In this document: positions 11,358 to 24,700 of the stretch, in pieces
How the letters are laid out: each line of letters opens with the position of its first letter
How positions within the stretch are numbered: position 1 is the first letter of the stretch
Notes under the pieces: model-generated
Told to the model about the DNA's origin: nothing
The model's database searches: none
The model's input: only the letters and a program-made list of their open reading frames with translations
Made by a program: the position numbers and the translations under genes
DNA from: Prorocentrum cordatum
Taxonomy: Eukaryota
NCBI GenBank assembly: GCA_963575745.1
Contig: CAUYUJ010000062.1
Location: 1-64,000 of the forward strand
Direction of reading: 5' to 3'
Length of the DNA: 64,000 nucleotides

Positions 11358-14300
11358 GTCGGACCAGGAGGGGGGGGGGATTGTGAGAGGAGTGGCTCGG
11401 TGTTTTCGGACGGTTTCGGAATTTGAGGCTCGAGGTTTTCGGACATGTTCACCCGTTCTCAACCGTGCTCCACCCTCGGGGTGCTCTTCAGCAGCTGCGC
11501 CTCGCCAGGGGCGTTCCGGGGCTGCTCGAACCGTCCCGAACGGCCGCCGCAGGCCCGAGTTCTGAACCAAAGGCCAGACGACGAGGATCATCCGTGTCGT
11601 CCGACCTGCTCCGAGTGCTGCTCGCTCCTCCGCCCTCCATGCTCCACCCTCCCTGGCGGCGGCGAGGGCGAGGGCGAGGGAGGAGGAGGAGGCGGAACAG
11701 GATGAGGAGGCGGAGAAGGAGGAGGAGGCGGAGGAGGAGGAGGGAGGAGGAAGAGGCTCAAGGTTGCCCATCCGGCGCCTGCGGTCTGGGCAGCGGCGGC
11801 GAGGGCGGCTTTGCGGACGGCCGTTGGGCCCCCGATGGCCGCCGCCGCAGCGGCGTGCCACCTGGAGCGCTGGACCTGGAGGTCCGCCTGGCCCATCGAT
11901 CCCCTCCCTTCCCTCCCTCCCCTCCCCTCCCTTCCTCCCTCCCTCCCCTCCTCCCTCCCTCTCTCCCTCCCCTCCCTCCCTCCCCTTTTCCCCCCCCCCA
12001 CGAGGCTCCAGAAGCTACAGGCCTGCCTCCCTCATTCCCTCCCTCCCTCTCCCTCCTCCTCCTCCTCCGCCGCCTCCTCCTCCATACATTTTCCTTTGAA
12101 CAACTCCTCCCTGTCGCACCCCCAGACGTGTCAGTAGGGCGTGCCAGGCGATTTGTTTGAGATTTCCTCAACATTGAAGTTTGAAGGTTCCAGCAGCTTC
12201 ACCGATGGAGGGTGGGCCATGTTTAATGTGTGTGTGTGTGTTCGTGTGTCTCACCTTAGCGCCGCGCACATCGTTTTTAAACATTACAGCAGCTTCAAGG
12301 ATGGAGGGCGGATCGTGTTCAACGTGTGGCTCTCGCCTTAGCGCCGTGCACAGTCGTCCTAAGAGTTTGTAGCAATATCACGGATGGAGGGCGGCTTTCA
12401 AAATGTTGTTCTCGCTTTAGCGCCGCGCACATTCGTCTTGAAAGGTTACGGCAGTTTCAAGGGTTCGCATGGTCGAAGTTCCAGGAATAGCGTTCTGGCA
12501 AGATTTTGGAGTGCCAGGACACAACATTCAAGTTGATTCGTGGCGTCGAAGTCCCAGGAATGGCGTTTTGGCACGATTTCGGATTATCAGGACGCAACAT
12601 TCACGTTGATTCGCGGCGATGCAGTCCCAGGAATGGTGTTTTGGCACGATGGAGGATGCTCAGACAGTCGTATTCCAGTCGGGCACTTCCCGCAGTGGAA
12701 CTGATTATTGTGGGGCCCTGCGCAGAGGGAACTAGGGAGAGTGTATTGCAACATCCCTGATGCGTCTTCCGTTTACACTGGTTCTCCTCCTCCTCCTCCT
12801 CCTCCTCCTCCTCCTCCTCCTCCTCCTCCCCTTCCTCCTCCTCCTTGCCCTTCCCCCTCCTCCCCCTCGCAGGACCTCGAAAACCGCTCCTCCTCCTCCT
12901 CCTCCTCCTCCTCCTCCTCCTCCTCGGCCCTCCCCCTCCTCCCCCTCCTCGCCCTTCCTCCTCCTCCCCCCCTCCTCCAGGCTCGAGTGCCTGGACGGGG
13001 CGGTCCCGTGCGAGCTCTGCCCCGACGCCCCGAGCGCCGCGGCGAGCGCCGACGGCTCGGGCGCCGCCGCGCGGCTGCGGGTGGGCCGCACGGCGCACAC
13101 AGAGGGCATGTGGTGCTCCCTCCTCCCTCCTCCTCCTCCTCCTCCTTCCTCCTCCTCCTCCTCCTCCTCCAGAATTTCTACATGACAACCGCCTGGAGGA
13201 TCAATCTTCGGAGACCTCGCGGGCGGTGGATCATCGTGGACATGCACGGGCCCCCTGGGGGCCAGAAGATCTCCAGATCCACCGCCCGCTCGGGCGCCCC
13301 GGGCGTCGTTCCCCAGGAGGAGGAGGAGGAGGAGGAGGAGGAGGAGGAGGAGGAGGAGGCGGAGGCGGAGGAGGAGGAGGAGGAGGAATAGGAAGAGGAG
13401 GAGGAGGAGGAGGAGGACATGGATACGTCCCCGCCTCGCAGGTGCCGCCTCGTGCCGGACGGCGCCGCGCGGCAGTCCGTGTCCCGGGAGCACTTCGAGG
13501 TGGTGTGCGCCAGCTCGGAGGAGGGCCAGTCGGGAGAGCGGCGGGCCTCTCCTCGTCGCCACGGCTGGCTCCCCGTCGACGCACGAGTCTAAGATTAAGC
13601 CGGGCGTGCCCCTCTACCTTTGAGCTTCGTCCTTCCCCTGCTTGTCCTGCCCCCAAGCCGCGCTCGGGCGGCGGGCCTCGCCGTCCGTGCTCTGAGAGGC
13701 AGTGGGCTCGGCGTCTGGGCATAGCGGGCGGGGCGGCTCGATTGCCAGGCTTCCGCAGCTAGTTTGTGTGCGTGTGCGTGCGTGCGTGCGTGCGTGCGTG
13801 TGTGTGTGTGGGGAATGTTCAAAAATAGTTCAGAAATGGTATGGGGACGATTTTTGTTTAACAATGTTTGAATACTTTGGGTGTGTGTTTGGGGGTATTG
13901 CTTATTTTTCGTCCAAAATCCACCTGTAGGGGGACAGGCCCGACCTAAGTCTAAGGCTGGATCCCCCAGGCCCGGGACGGGTGCGGAGGGCGCGTTTGAG
14001 CGGCTGCGGGTCGGGCGGGGGAACCGTTGTTGCTGCCTCCTCCCCAGACCCCCGGATTCGTGATTTTTTCCCAGCGGCGTCGACCCCCAGAGGTTCAGAG
14101 ATCCAACACATTGAGAAATCAAGACGGGCTTTTTTCGCTAATTTCGGCCACTCGCCGGGCCCTGGGACCGTAAAAAAACGACTCAGGACGAAAAACCGGT
14201 CCTGGGGAATGGGTCGAGACTTCTTGGGACCCGTCTTGAAAAAATCACGACATCGGATCTCTGGGGGGCTCAACCCTTTCCCTGGGACCAGATTGTCATC

Positions 14301-17300
14301 CTGAGGCGTTTTTTCACGGCCCCGAGGCCCGGCAAGGGCCCCCGGAGGCCGGCAATAGCGAAAAACCGCCCGTCGTGACTTCAGCGGCAAAACCTAAAAA
14401 GTGGGAAACAAAAAGAAAGGCCCGCCCGAAAATCGCCACTCGAGGGGGTCTGGATCTGGCCCGCCTCCGACCAGCCACGGCGGCCCGGCCCACTGCGAGC
14501 TCCGGAACCTCAGCCAGGGCGGCACCTTCCTCAACGGCGAGCTGATCACCGGCCACGCCCAGTTGCACCCGGGCGATGTGCTCGGCGCCGGGCGCGTGCT
14601 CTCGCGCTGCGGCGGCGTGCGCCCGGCGGTGCACTTCCGCCTCTAGAAGAAGAAAAAACGCCATAAACATGAATTGTTGGCGCTCCGCGCGGCTTTCTTC
14701 TTGGATCTGCGCTAGACCCCCTTCCCTGGCGCGCGGAGCGCGGATCCAAGAAGTCCGCGCAGAGCGCCAAAAGTTCATGTTTCTGGCGTTGTTTCTTCTC
14801 CGAGCTTCGTGGCCGCGCTCGCTGCCGACCCCGCGGCCACGCTGACAGACGCCTGCGCCCCACGCGCCCGCACCGAGGCGCTGCGATACGCGGGCGGCGA
14901 CGGGGGCGGGCGGCGGCGGCGGCGGCGACGGGCGCGGCGGCGGCAGCGGCGGCGGCGACTGCGGTTGCCGCAGCGGCTGCGGCGGCGGCGACGTCCCCCT
15001 CTTCCTCCTCCTCCTCTTCCTCGTCCTCCTCCTCCTCCTCCTCCTCCCTCCTCCTCCTCTCCTCCCTCCCTCCTCCTCCTCTCCTCCTCCCTCCTCATCC
15101 TCCTCCTCCTTCCTCTCCTCCTCCTCCTCCTCCTCCTCCTCCTCCCTCCCTCCTCCCCCTCCTCCTCCTCCTCCTCCTGCTCCTCCTCCTCCTCCTCCTC
15201 CTCCTCTCAGCGGCGACGGGTGCGGCGGCGGCGGCGGCCCCGAGGCGCTGCCCGGGCCGACGGTGCCGGCGCTGCCGACCGCGCCGGCGCTGGAGGACGA
15301 GGAGGAGCTCGCCATGGAGCAGATGGGCTTTGGTGGAGGGTTTCTCCGAAGGGCTCAGGCGACCCGTCCTCCTCCTCTGTCCTCCTCCTCCTCCTCCTCC
15401 TCCTCCTCCTCCCCTCCTCTCCTCCTCCCTCCACTCCACTCCTCCTCCTCTTCCTCCTCCTCCTCCTCCTCCGCCTCCTCCGCCTCCGCCTCCACCTCCT
15501 CCTCTCGTCCTCCTCCTCGTCCTCCTCCCCTCCTCCTCTCTCCTCCTCCTCCTCCTCCCCCTCCTCCTCCCCTCCTCCCCCTCCCCTCCTCGGGTCGCCT
15601 ACGGCCCGGGGGAAACCGTCTAGGCTCTGGTCGCCGATATTGTACTTCTTGTTTCGCCGATCGGCGCGGGCCCACGCCCCCCCCCCCAATGACCAGACCG
15701 TGACTTTTTGGCGGCTGCGCGACTGGTCAAGACCACTTCCCCCAATCTGCTGGCGCGACTGGCAAAAGCAGATCTACTAAGCACCGGCCCCGGTACAGAC
15801 CCTCCCCCTCCCCGCCCCTTCGGCCAATTGTCGAAAATCATGGTAAAAAAGCGTCTATCTGGAAACGAGTCCCTTGAAATCCTGCACGTCCTCGACGTTC
15901 GATGTTCAAAAGGTTTTCTGACGTGTTCGTCGGTTCGCGGCGGCTTTCCATCCTCAGGGAGCTGCGGCTGTCCCAGCGTCCCAGCACAGCCAATCTCGAT
16001 CCGAGTGCCCGACTCGATGCTGGCTGCTCCTGGTTTGCCGACGTCGGCGTCGCTTGGTTGCCAGACCCGCGAAGCCCTGCTGTTGTGCACACACTGGTGG
16101 ACCCCCAGAGGCCTCGACCCATTTCCCCCGACCGGTGTCGCATCTCGACTTGTTTTGTTGCCTGTCTCTCGGGGCCCGGCGAGTCCCCCCGGAGGCGGAA
16201 AACGGCGAAACAGAATTGTGGTTGGTGTTTCATACAGCCAGGCGAGGTTCAGGCAAGGCGTAGGTGGACATAGCCGAGGAGAGGCAGAAAGGGACAGACA
16301 AGGGAGGAAAGAAGAGGCAGGGAGGGCAGCCAGAACAGAGAAAGGAGAGGCACAGATGAGAGGCGCGCGCGGCGACGAGAGACGAACGACGACAACGACG
16401 CCCGCCGCGTCGTGCCTGGCTCAAACAGGCAGCGTTCCTTAGCCTTCAGCTCGAGATGAGCTCAGAGAGGACATCGATCAGCCTCCAGCGCAGATTGCAA
16501 CAGATGTGTAATCATCAGATGTTGGAGGGCGAAAGAGGGGACATGCAGCAGGAGGTCTTCAATGGGGGCTGAATGGCCCATGAATGCTCCATGTATCGCT
16601 CATGTACGTGATCGGGTACGATTGGCATCCAATGTTGGCGGCCACGGAGGGCCAGTCGCTCGTGCCCGCGTGTTGCCCGCGCGGGCAAGCGCGCCGTCCA
16701 TCCATTATCGTTCATGCGTTCGGGCGTTCTTGCACATAGCGCGTGGGGTGGCGAAGTGGAGTGCATGTGCGTCTTGATTGTGCGATTGATGATCGCGTAC
16801 TTTCCCAAATAATGACTTGTCGACCCCCAAGAGAGATTCGGAATGGGTTCCGCGATTCTTCCAAAATGGGAGTTCACATGTTCTCCTTTTTTTCCCAGTA
16901 TGTGAATGCACATTCTGGCCCCTTCATACAGATTCCTACACGGAATTCCAAAATGCGAATTCACATTTTTCTTTTTGTCCAACATGTGAATTCACAGCTT
17001 CGTTTCCCCAAAATATGAATTCACCTTTCGCCTTCACCCGCAGCGTGGATTCACATGTTGCCCTGGTCTTCAAGATCCGCAAAACTGAGGCGCAGCGTTC
17101 CGCATGTCAGATTGGTTGGGCAGATTATGCACTCACCTCACCGCTCCCGTTTATTCCAACCTTTTTTGTGCGCCCTCAGCGCACGTTGCCTTCGTCGCCT
17201 TTCCTGAGCCCCCCTCCCCCTTTGCTTCGTTCACCCTCACTTCTCGCGCATGGGTGCATGCGGGGAACTGCAATCGGTTCCCCCGCCGAGCACAGCAATC

Positions 17301-18736
17301 GAGGATGCATGGCCCATAAGGCCACCATTGCCGGGACCCTGCGCCCGACCACCATGTTCACCTTCCAACGGTTGTTCAACGCGTCGGAGGTCTGGGTTCG
17401 GCACACCCCTCCCACGCCTCGTGGCCCATAGGGAGCTCCACCGAAGACCTTTGCCTGCACGCGATGCTCGCAGCTGCACGTTGCGGGGTTTTTCGCCTGG
17501 ATATGTGTTTGAGTGCCCCAGGGCCAGGCGAGGGCCCCCAAGCGGCTGAAAACTAAGCTTAAGTCGGGCTTGCCCTTCTACAGGAGGAATGTCCAAAAAT
17601 AGTCGAAAAATCGACCGGGGACGATTTGTTGATTACTGTCAACCATTTTGGGGTGTTCGACTATGATGTATGTTTCGTCCAAAATCCGCCTGCAGGGAGA
17701 CATGCCCGACGTAAAACTACACAGGAAAAAACACGATCATCAAATAAGGACCGCTGTGGGTTTTGAAAGGGCGCGCGGTGTTTTACGTCATTCCGTGTTT
17801 GTTCCTCCTGGCCCTCTTCGCGCACCCAGGCCCTTTGTGATGCCAAGAAGGAGCTTCGTTCATGATTTGACCATTTCCCACGTTTGCCCTTGCATCCATC
17901 TCTTTCGGCCCATCCATGGCCGCTTTCGCTGGCCGCCCCTTCTCGCAGAGTGTCGGCACGGCCTTCCAAGACCCTCGCGTCTTCATCGTGCGCCCTCATG
18001 ATCCAGGTTGACTGTACCGCTCCTTGCTGCAGCAGCTTCACTGTACTGTCGGAGGCTTGTGTTCAGCATGGGGGATACGGGTCCCGAGGGAAACGGGCCC
18101 TGGACCCTGGGACCTTCCCCCAGGGCCAGTTCCTCCTCCTGAGCCGTTCTCTGACGGCCCCGGGGCCCGCGGAGGGCCCCGAGAGCCCAAGAGCGGCGGG
18201 AAACATCAGGACCCGTCTCCCCGACGGCGATGCGTGCCCCCCTCCCCTCAAGGGGGGAAGAGCCACCCGGACCGGACAACTGGCGTTTACTAGCCGGCCC
18301 TGGGCGTTTATTAAGCAGCCCTGCCCTGTTGGATTCCTTCTTCGGGTGCGTTTACTACGTTGAACGGCTCCGCGTGTTGGGGCGGTTACTATCGGGGTGA
18401 ATTTTCTGCCCTCTACAGTCAACCATGATAGTAAGGATGGGGCAACTTTCCAAGGCTACCCTTGCATCCTTATTCGGCATCCTTCGGCATTCTGCTGCGT
18501 TCCGCACGGAAAACGTCAACATGGCGGTCCAAGGCTCTTGCATCCTCCCCGCGCATTCTTACTATCCTGGTCGAGTGCACCTCCGCCCCAGGAGTGGTGC
18601 CTCGTCTGCACCGGCGCGGCGCGGGACCCCGCCCGGCCCGCGCCCGCAGTGGCGCTGCCGGTGCGGCCCCCGAGCGGCGGGGGCTCGGCGGGGGTGCTGC
18701 GCGTCGGCCTGTCACTCCAGGAGCCGTCCAAGCGAT

Positions 18737-18769
<33 letters not shown>

Positions 18770-21700
18770 TTCTCCTCCTCCTCCTCCTCCTCCTCCTCCT
18801 CCTCCTCCTCCTCCTCCTCCTCCGCACGTTTCCTTTGCTCTTCCTCTGCTTCCCTCCCCAGGCATGCGAGGTTCGAACTATGGCGGTTCGAACTCCGAGG
18901 ATCGAGGCTCGAGGCTCGAATTTCGAGCATCGAGGCTGTTCGAGGGCTCCTCGCATCCGCGGCGGGTTCCGCCTCGAGGATCTGGCCAGAACGCACCCCA
19001 GGAGAGGTCTGGGGGGCGACTTTTGACCCCTGGGCCCATACGAACCAGACCTCAGACACGCGCAGAAGGGGGTGGGGCAAGCTAGGTGCGCTCGCGTCAC
19101 ATCTGATGTCCGACGTAGGAGTCCTACCCCTCCCTCCCATCCCTTACCATGGCGTAGACCTCTCTATTCGCACAGTCGGATGTCGTGGCATGGCATAGCA
19201 TTACGTGGCATAGCACGGCGTTGAATATCAACGCTCAGCATGACATGGCATGGCGTGGCGCCGCCCCAGAGTGGGGGGGGGGCTTCTGCGGCCCAAACAA
19301 TAAACGAATCCACACCGAATTTGTAATTCCCCAATCAGTGCTTGCACTTAAGGGGTCCTCGCGGATGTTGAAAGATTTGGCGAAAGTGCCCCACCGATTT
19401 TGGTTGCACGCTGGGTTCCCGGGATCCCTGTTCCGGGTTCCTGGGTTCCTGGTCATTGGTTCCGGGCCGATGGTTATTGGTTCCGGGCCGATTTGAGTGG
19501 GTTCCGGCCGAACTTATTATCAATCTGATTACCGATCTCCATTATCGGTCTCACAATCGATCCCATGATCGATCTCGCGATCGAATTTACTCTCGATATC
19601 ACTACTCATCTTATTGCCGATTTCATTACGGATCTCACTCAATCGACCTACGTATCGGTCTCCTTATCGATCGCAATCGTCCCCGTTATCGATCTCACAA
19701 TCGATTCTCAATCGTACCCACGATCGATCTCCCAATCGACCCCACGACCTAAGTATCGGTCTGACTATCGATCTCAACATCGAGAGATGATCCACACTAT
19801 CGATCTCACAGTCGATCCCATGATCGATCTCGCGATTGAACTTGCTATCGATCTCACTAGCGATCTCACTGCCGATTTCATTACGGATCTCACTCAATCG
19901 ACCCAAGTAGCAGTCTCACTATCGATCTCAGTCTCCACAGATCGTCCCCACTATCGATCTCACATTCGATCCCACGATCGATATTGCGATCGAACTTACT
20001 ATCGATCTCAATATCGATCTCAAGATTCCTCTCACTATGGTCTCACAATCGATCTCATGATCGATCTCGCGATCGAACTTACTATCGATATCACTACCGA
20101 TCTCACTCGCGATGTCATAACGGATCTCACTCAATCGACCCAAGGATCGATCTCATTATCGATCTCGATCGTCCCAACTATCGATATCACAATCGACCCC
20201 ACGACCTAAGTATCGGTCTGATTGTCGATCTCAGCACCGAGAGATGATCCACACGATCGATCTCACAATCGATCCCATGATCGATCTCGCGATTGAACTT
20301 ACTATCGATCTCACTACGGATCTCACTGTCGATTTCATCACGGATCTCATTCAATCGACCCAAGTACCAGTCTCATTATCGATCTCAGTCTCTACAGATC
20401 GTCCCCATTATCGATCTCACATGCGATCCCACGATCGATATTGCAATCGAATTTACTATCGATCTCACTACCGATCTCACTTTCGATCTCACGATTCTTC
20501 TCGCTATGGTCTCACAATCGATCCCATGATCGACCTCGCGATCGAACTTGCTATCGATCTCACTGCCGATCTCACTGTCGATTTCATTACGGATCTCACT
20601 CAATCGTCCCTTTTATCGATCTCACAGTCGATTCTCAATCGTGCCCACGATCGGTCTCACAATCGTCCCCACAATCGATCTCACAATCGATCCCATGATC
20701 GATCTCGCGATTGAACTTTCTATCGATCTCACTACCGATCTCACTGTCGATTGCATTACGGATCTCATTCAATCGATCAATGTTCTGGTCTCACTATCGA
20801 TCTCAATATCCACAGATCGTCTCCACGATCGATCTCACAATCGATCCCACGATCGATTTCGCGATCGAATTTACTATCGATCTCACTACCGATCTCACTG
20901 TCGATCTCACGATTCCTCTCACTATCGATTTCATTAGTTCACCACAATCCCACAATTCACTATCGATCTCATGACCGATCTCACTATGCATCTCACTCAA
21001 TCGATCTCACCATGGATCTTATTCCCCAATCAGTGCTTGCACTGGGTCCTCGCGGATGTGGAAAGATTTGGCGAAAGTGTCCCGCCGATTTGGGTCGCAC
21101 GCTGGGTTGCCGGGTTCCCGGTTCCGGGTTCCCGGGTTCCCGGTTCTGGGTTCCGGGCCGATTTCGGAGGGCGGCGAGGTTCCCAGGTTCTTGGGTTTCT
21201 GGTCGATCTTCTTATCGATCAGTCTCACCATCGATCGCATTACCTATTTCTTTATCGATCTCATGATCGATCTCACAAGCGATCTCACTAGAGATCGCAT
21301 GAGCGATCTCGCGATCGATCTCACTATCGATTTCATTGAATCGACTTCCTTCTCGGTCTCACGATCGACCTTACAATCGTCCTCACTATCGATTCCACTG
21401 TCGATCTCATTATCGATCGCACAATGGATCTCAAGATCCATAGTATTAATGTCAGAATCATCAACTGATTGGGGTTCTCTCAGGTGTAATTTTCATAGAA
21501 AACCAGCGAAAACTCAGTTCCCGGGAATCCTGTGTGTACAACAATACAGTATGCGGATGGGGGGCCGGATATCTTCCGGACGTCATCAGCGGAGAGAGGA
21601 GAGTAGTATTTTTATTGTGTAATTGTGGAGGGGGAAGGCTCCTTAGAAACACCCCTGCTTCTTAGAAGGCGCGGGCATTGTCTACAGATGTAAGGACCGC

Positions 21701-24700
21701 GCCTTCTAAAAAGCAGCCTCTTTGTAAGAAGCCTTTCCCCCCTCACCCTACCTGATTGTGCGCGCCGCCAACACTGGGCCATTTCGAACCAGACCACCGC
21801 ACGAAGCCCGAGAGCAGACTCGGAAAAACGCACGGTGATACAATTTGATCGTCATGTCGGCCACCGGAGTCCCGGACCCCATCTTTCTGCGTCATGCTTC
21901 GAGCCAGATCAATATGTGCGGGTCCCTGGGCCCGCAATTGGGCGAAACGCCCTTTGTGAAAAAAATGCATCGCCTGGAACTCAGGGCGAGAAGGTCGACC
22001 GGAGTTAGGACGTGAATATATCCGTTCCAGAGCGTCCCAGAGCGCTCCGAGAAGGTCGCGGCGACTGAGACATATTCCAGTGCCGCGGGATCTCAGAGAT
22101 TCCCGATTGATCCTCGCCCGATGTTGTCCTCGCCTTGTTCGTCTTACCGCCAGGATCTCAGGTGCGGGGAAGGGGTGCCTCTAGGCCTCATGGATGGGGT
22201 CCGCGCAGATGGAGTCGGAGGATCGCGCCGCATCGCCGATGCGGCTCGACGTGGAGCCCGATTCTCTCCGCTCAGGCGTCGCCGATGCACCCCCGACGTC
22301 GCCCATGCATCGCCGGTGCATCGCCGATGCCGTCGCCGATACATCAGCGATGCGGCGCGATCCTCCGACCCCACCGGCTCGGACCCCACCTAGGAGGCCT
22401 AGGGGTACCTCGTCCCCGCCCCTGAGATCTTGGCGGTAAGACGAAGCCAGGACGAGGACACCATCGGGCGAGGAGCAGTCGAGAAGCTCTGAGATCCCGC
22501 GGCCCTGGAGGATGTCTCGCTCACCGCGACCTTCTCGGAGCGCTCCGTGCCGCTAGAATGAAGTCGTGCCTGTCCCTCTACAGGAGGAGTAGTCAAAGAT
22601 AGCTTGTTTCACAGACCAAAAAAAGTCTGGGGACGATCAGGTGTCCTTTTTTGAATATGTTTAGGGTATTTGGGGGGACCTCGTCACTTTTCCTCCAAAG
22701 TCCGCCTGCAAGGGGGCAGGCCCGACTTGAGCCTGGGGGGCCCTCGCCGCCACGGCTCGGATGGGCGCCAGCTGTGCACCCGCACCGCTCCGGGGCAGGC
22801 CGATCCCCGGCCGCCCTTCGGCTCGGCGCACGCTCGGGGCTCCATGGACGGTTGTCACTGCAATCGGGTCGGGCGAAAGGGGGGGATTGGGAAAGGGGGG
22901 GTACGAAATTTGCTGCATGCAGCTGGTTTCCGCCCCACCGAGGGGCCCATTCCTAGATACATAGCCGCCTCCGGCGCCGGGAGGCGCCGGGAAAATCAGC
23001 TACGTGAGCTGATTTTCAACCCCCCCTTTGCTATCCCCCCCTTTCGCCCGACCCGATGCAAGCGGGGCTCAGCCAGGGCGCGCCGTGGAAAACAAAAACA
23101 AAAAAGAGGCGGAACGCGCTGTGGAAGCAAAGCCACGGCGGGAGGTCTTGGGCCATGTTCGGACTCCGGGGGCCCTCGCGGGCCTTCGGACCGCCGAAAA
23201 AAGGCGCAGGATGAAAAGCCGGTCTCGGGGAAAGGGTCGGGGCTTCCGGGGACCGCATATTGGAAAAATCAGGACGTCGCACGTTTGTGGACGGGGGTCA
23301 GTGCCAACGGGGGTCAGCCAGGGCGCTTACAGGATCCTGCAGAGCCAGGGATGCACTGACCCGGGCTTGCGCGCAGGATCCTGCAGGATCGTTCACGGCC
23401 CGATTGGCCCGGGTTTGCATTGACCCGGGTCAGTCCGCGTCGCTCTTCGGCGGTCCCGACGCCGGGCGGGGGCCCCCAGGGCCGAAACTTGGGAAAAGCC
23501 TCCGCCGTGGTTTTTGCCAAGACTCACGAGGGGAAAAAACACACAGACACAATGAATCGTCGATCCCCCAGAAAATATGGAAAAATATGGGAATTGGGCT
23601 GGAAGGCAAAAACCCAGAAAATATACGAAAATATAGGACATCCTTCTATTTGTGTGTATTTATTCTCTTGCACAGCTGTGCTCTAGAGCTCGGACATCTT
23701 TATTTTCGTGTCGTTCGTCGTTCGTGTCGTTCGTCCCCCTGGCCCTGGTCGTCCCCCTGGCCCTGGCCCTCACCCCCCCCTGCCCGCCGTCCAGGCATCC
23801 CAGGGCAGCCCGTCCAGGCTTCCCAGAGCAGCCCCCCTGGGCCACGGAACCCTTTATTTTCGTGTCGTTCGTCGTTCGTGTCGTTCGTCCCCCAGGGCAG
23901 CCCGTCCCCCCCTGCCCGCCGTCCAGGCATCCCAGGGCAGCCCGTCCAGGCTTCCCAGAGCAGCCCCCCTGGGCCACGGAACCCTTTATTTTCGTGTCGT
24001 GCGTCGTTCGTGTCGTTCGTCCCCCAGGGCAGCCCGTCCAGGCTTCCCAGGGCAGCCCCCCTGGGCCACGGAACCCTTTATTTTCGTGTCGTCGTCGTCG
24101 TCCTCCTCCTCCTCCGCTTTCTTCCTGGCTCCTCGTAAACCCCTCCAGGAAGAAGGAGGCGGGGGCCTCCTGTCCTTCGCAACTCCTTTGTGCAAGAGCC
24201 AGGGCACGCGTGCCACTTGTTTGTGTGTCATTGGGCCCCTTGACAGACGTTGGATCTCTGGGGAGCCAGCCCTCCTTCTTCAAGACGCTGGACCCCTGGC
24301 CCTGGACGCCCCCCAGGAGCCCGGCTTCTGGGAGGCGCTGGTGCCCGACCCGGGGGCGCTGGACGGCGTCTCGCCCGAGCACTTCGAGCTCTTCACAGGC
24401 CGGGGCCGCGGAGACAGCAGCGTCGGGGGCGGCACGGGGGGGGGTTGTGAGGACCGGGCGGGGGGGGGGCGATATCATGGCGTGGGCCATGAGATCTCCC
24501 CAGATTTCACGGCGACTCCTCTCACCTCAAAACGTCCCCGGCCCCCCCTTGGGCCGCGCACGTGCCGCCGGCCACGATTTGCGCCCCCTCCTCTTGGACA
24601 CCCCTCTCTCGGCCGCCCCCAGCAGTGGAGCCCCATGCCAAGAAACACCTTGCTTGCTTCCAGGGTGCCCTGGGTTTCTTGGGGTTCGCTGGCTTTGCTG

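Noticed and set aside
11755..11762. GGCTCAAG, the SL 3' octamer before a putative exon
   Set aside because: Only 8 nt, preceded by GGA repeats. Explained as an ordinary acceptor.
19530..21440. CRISPR-like array or DLTID-repeat protein gene
   Set aside because: There are no unique spacers or cas genes, the units are degenerate and contiguous, and the frames are repeatedly broken. It is a satellite.
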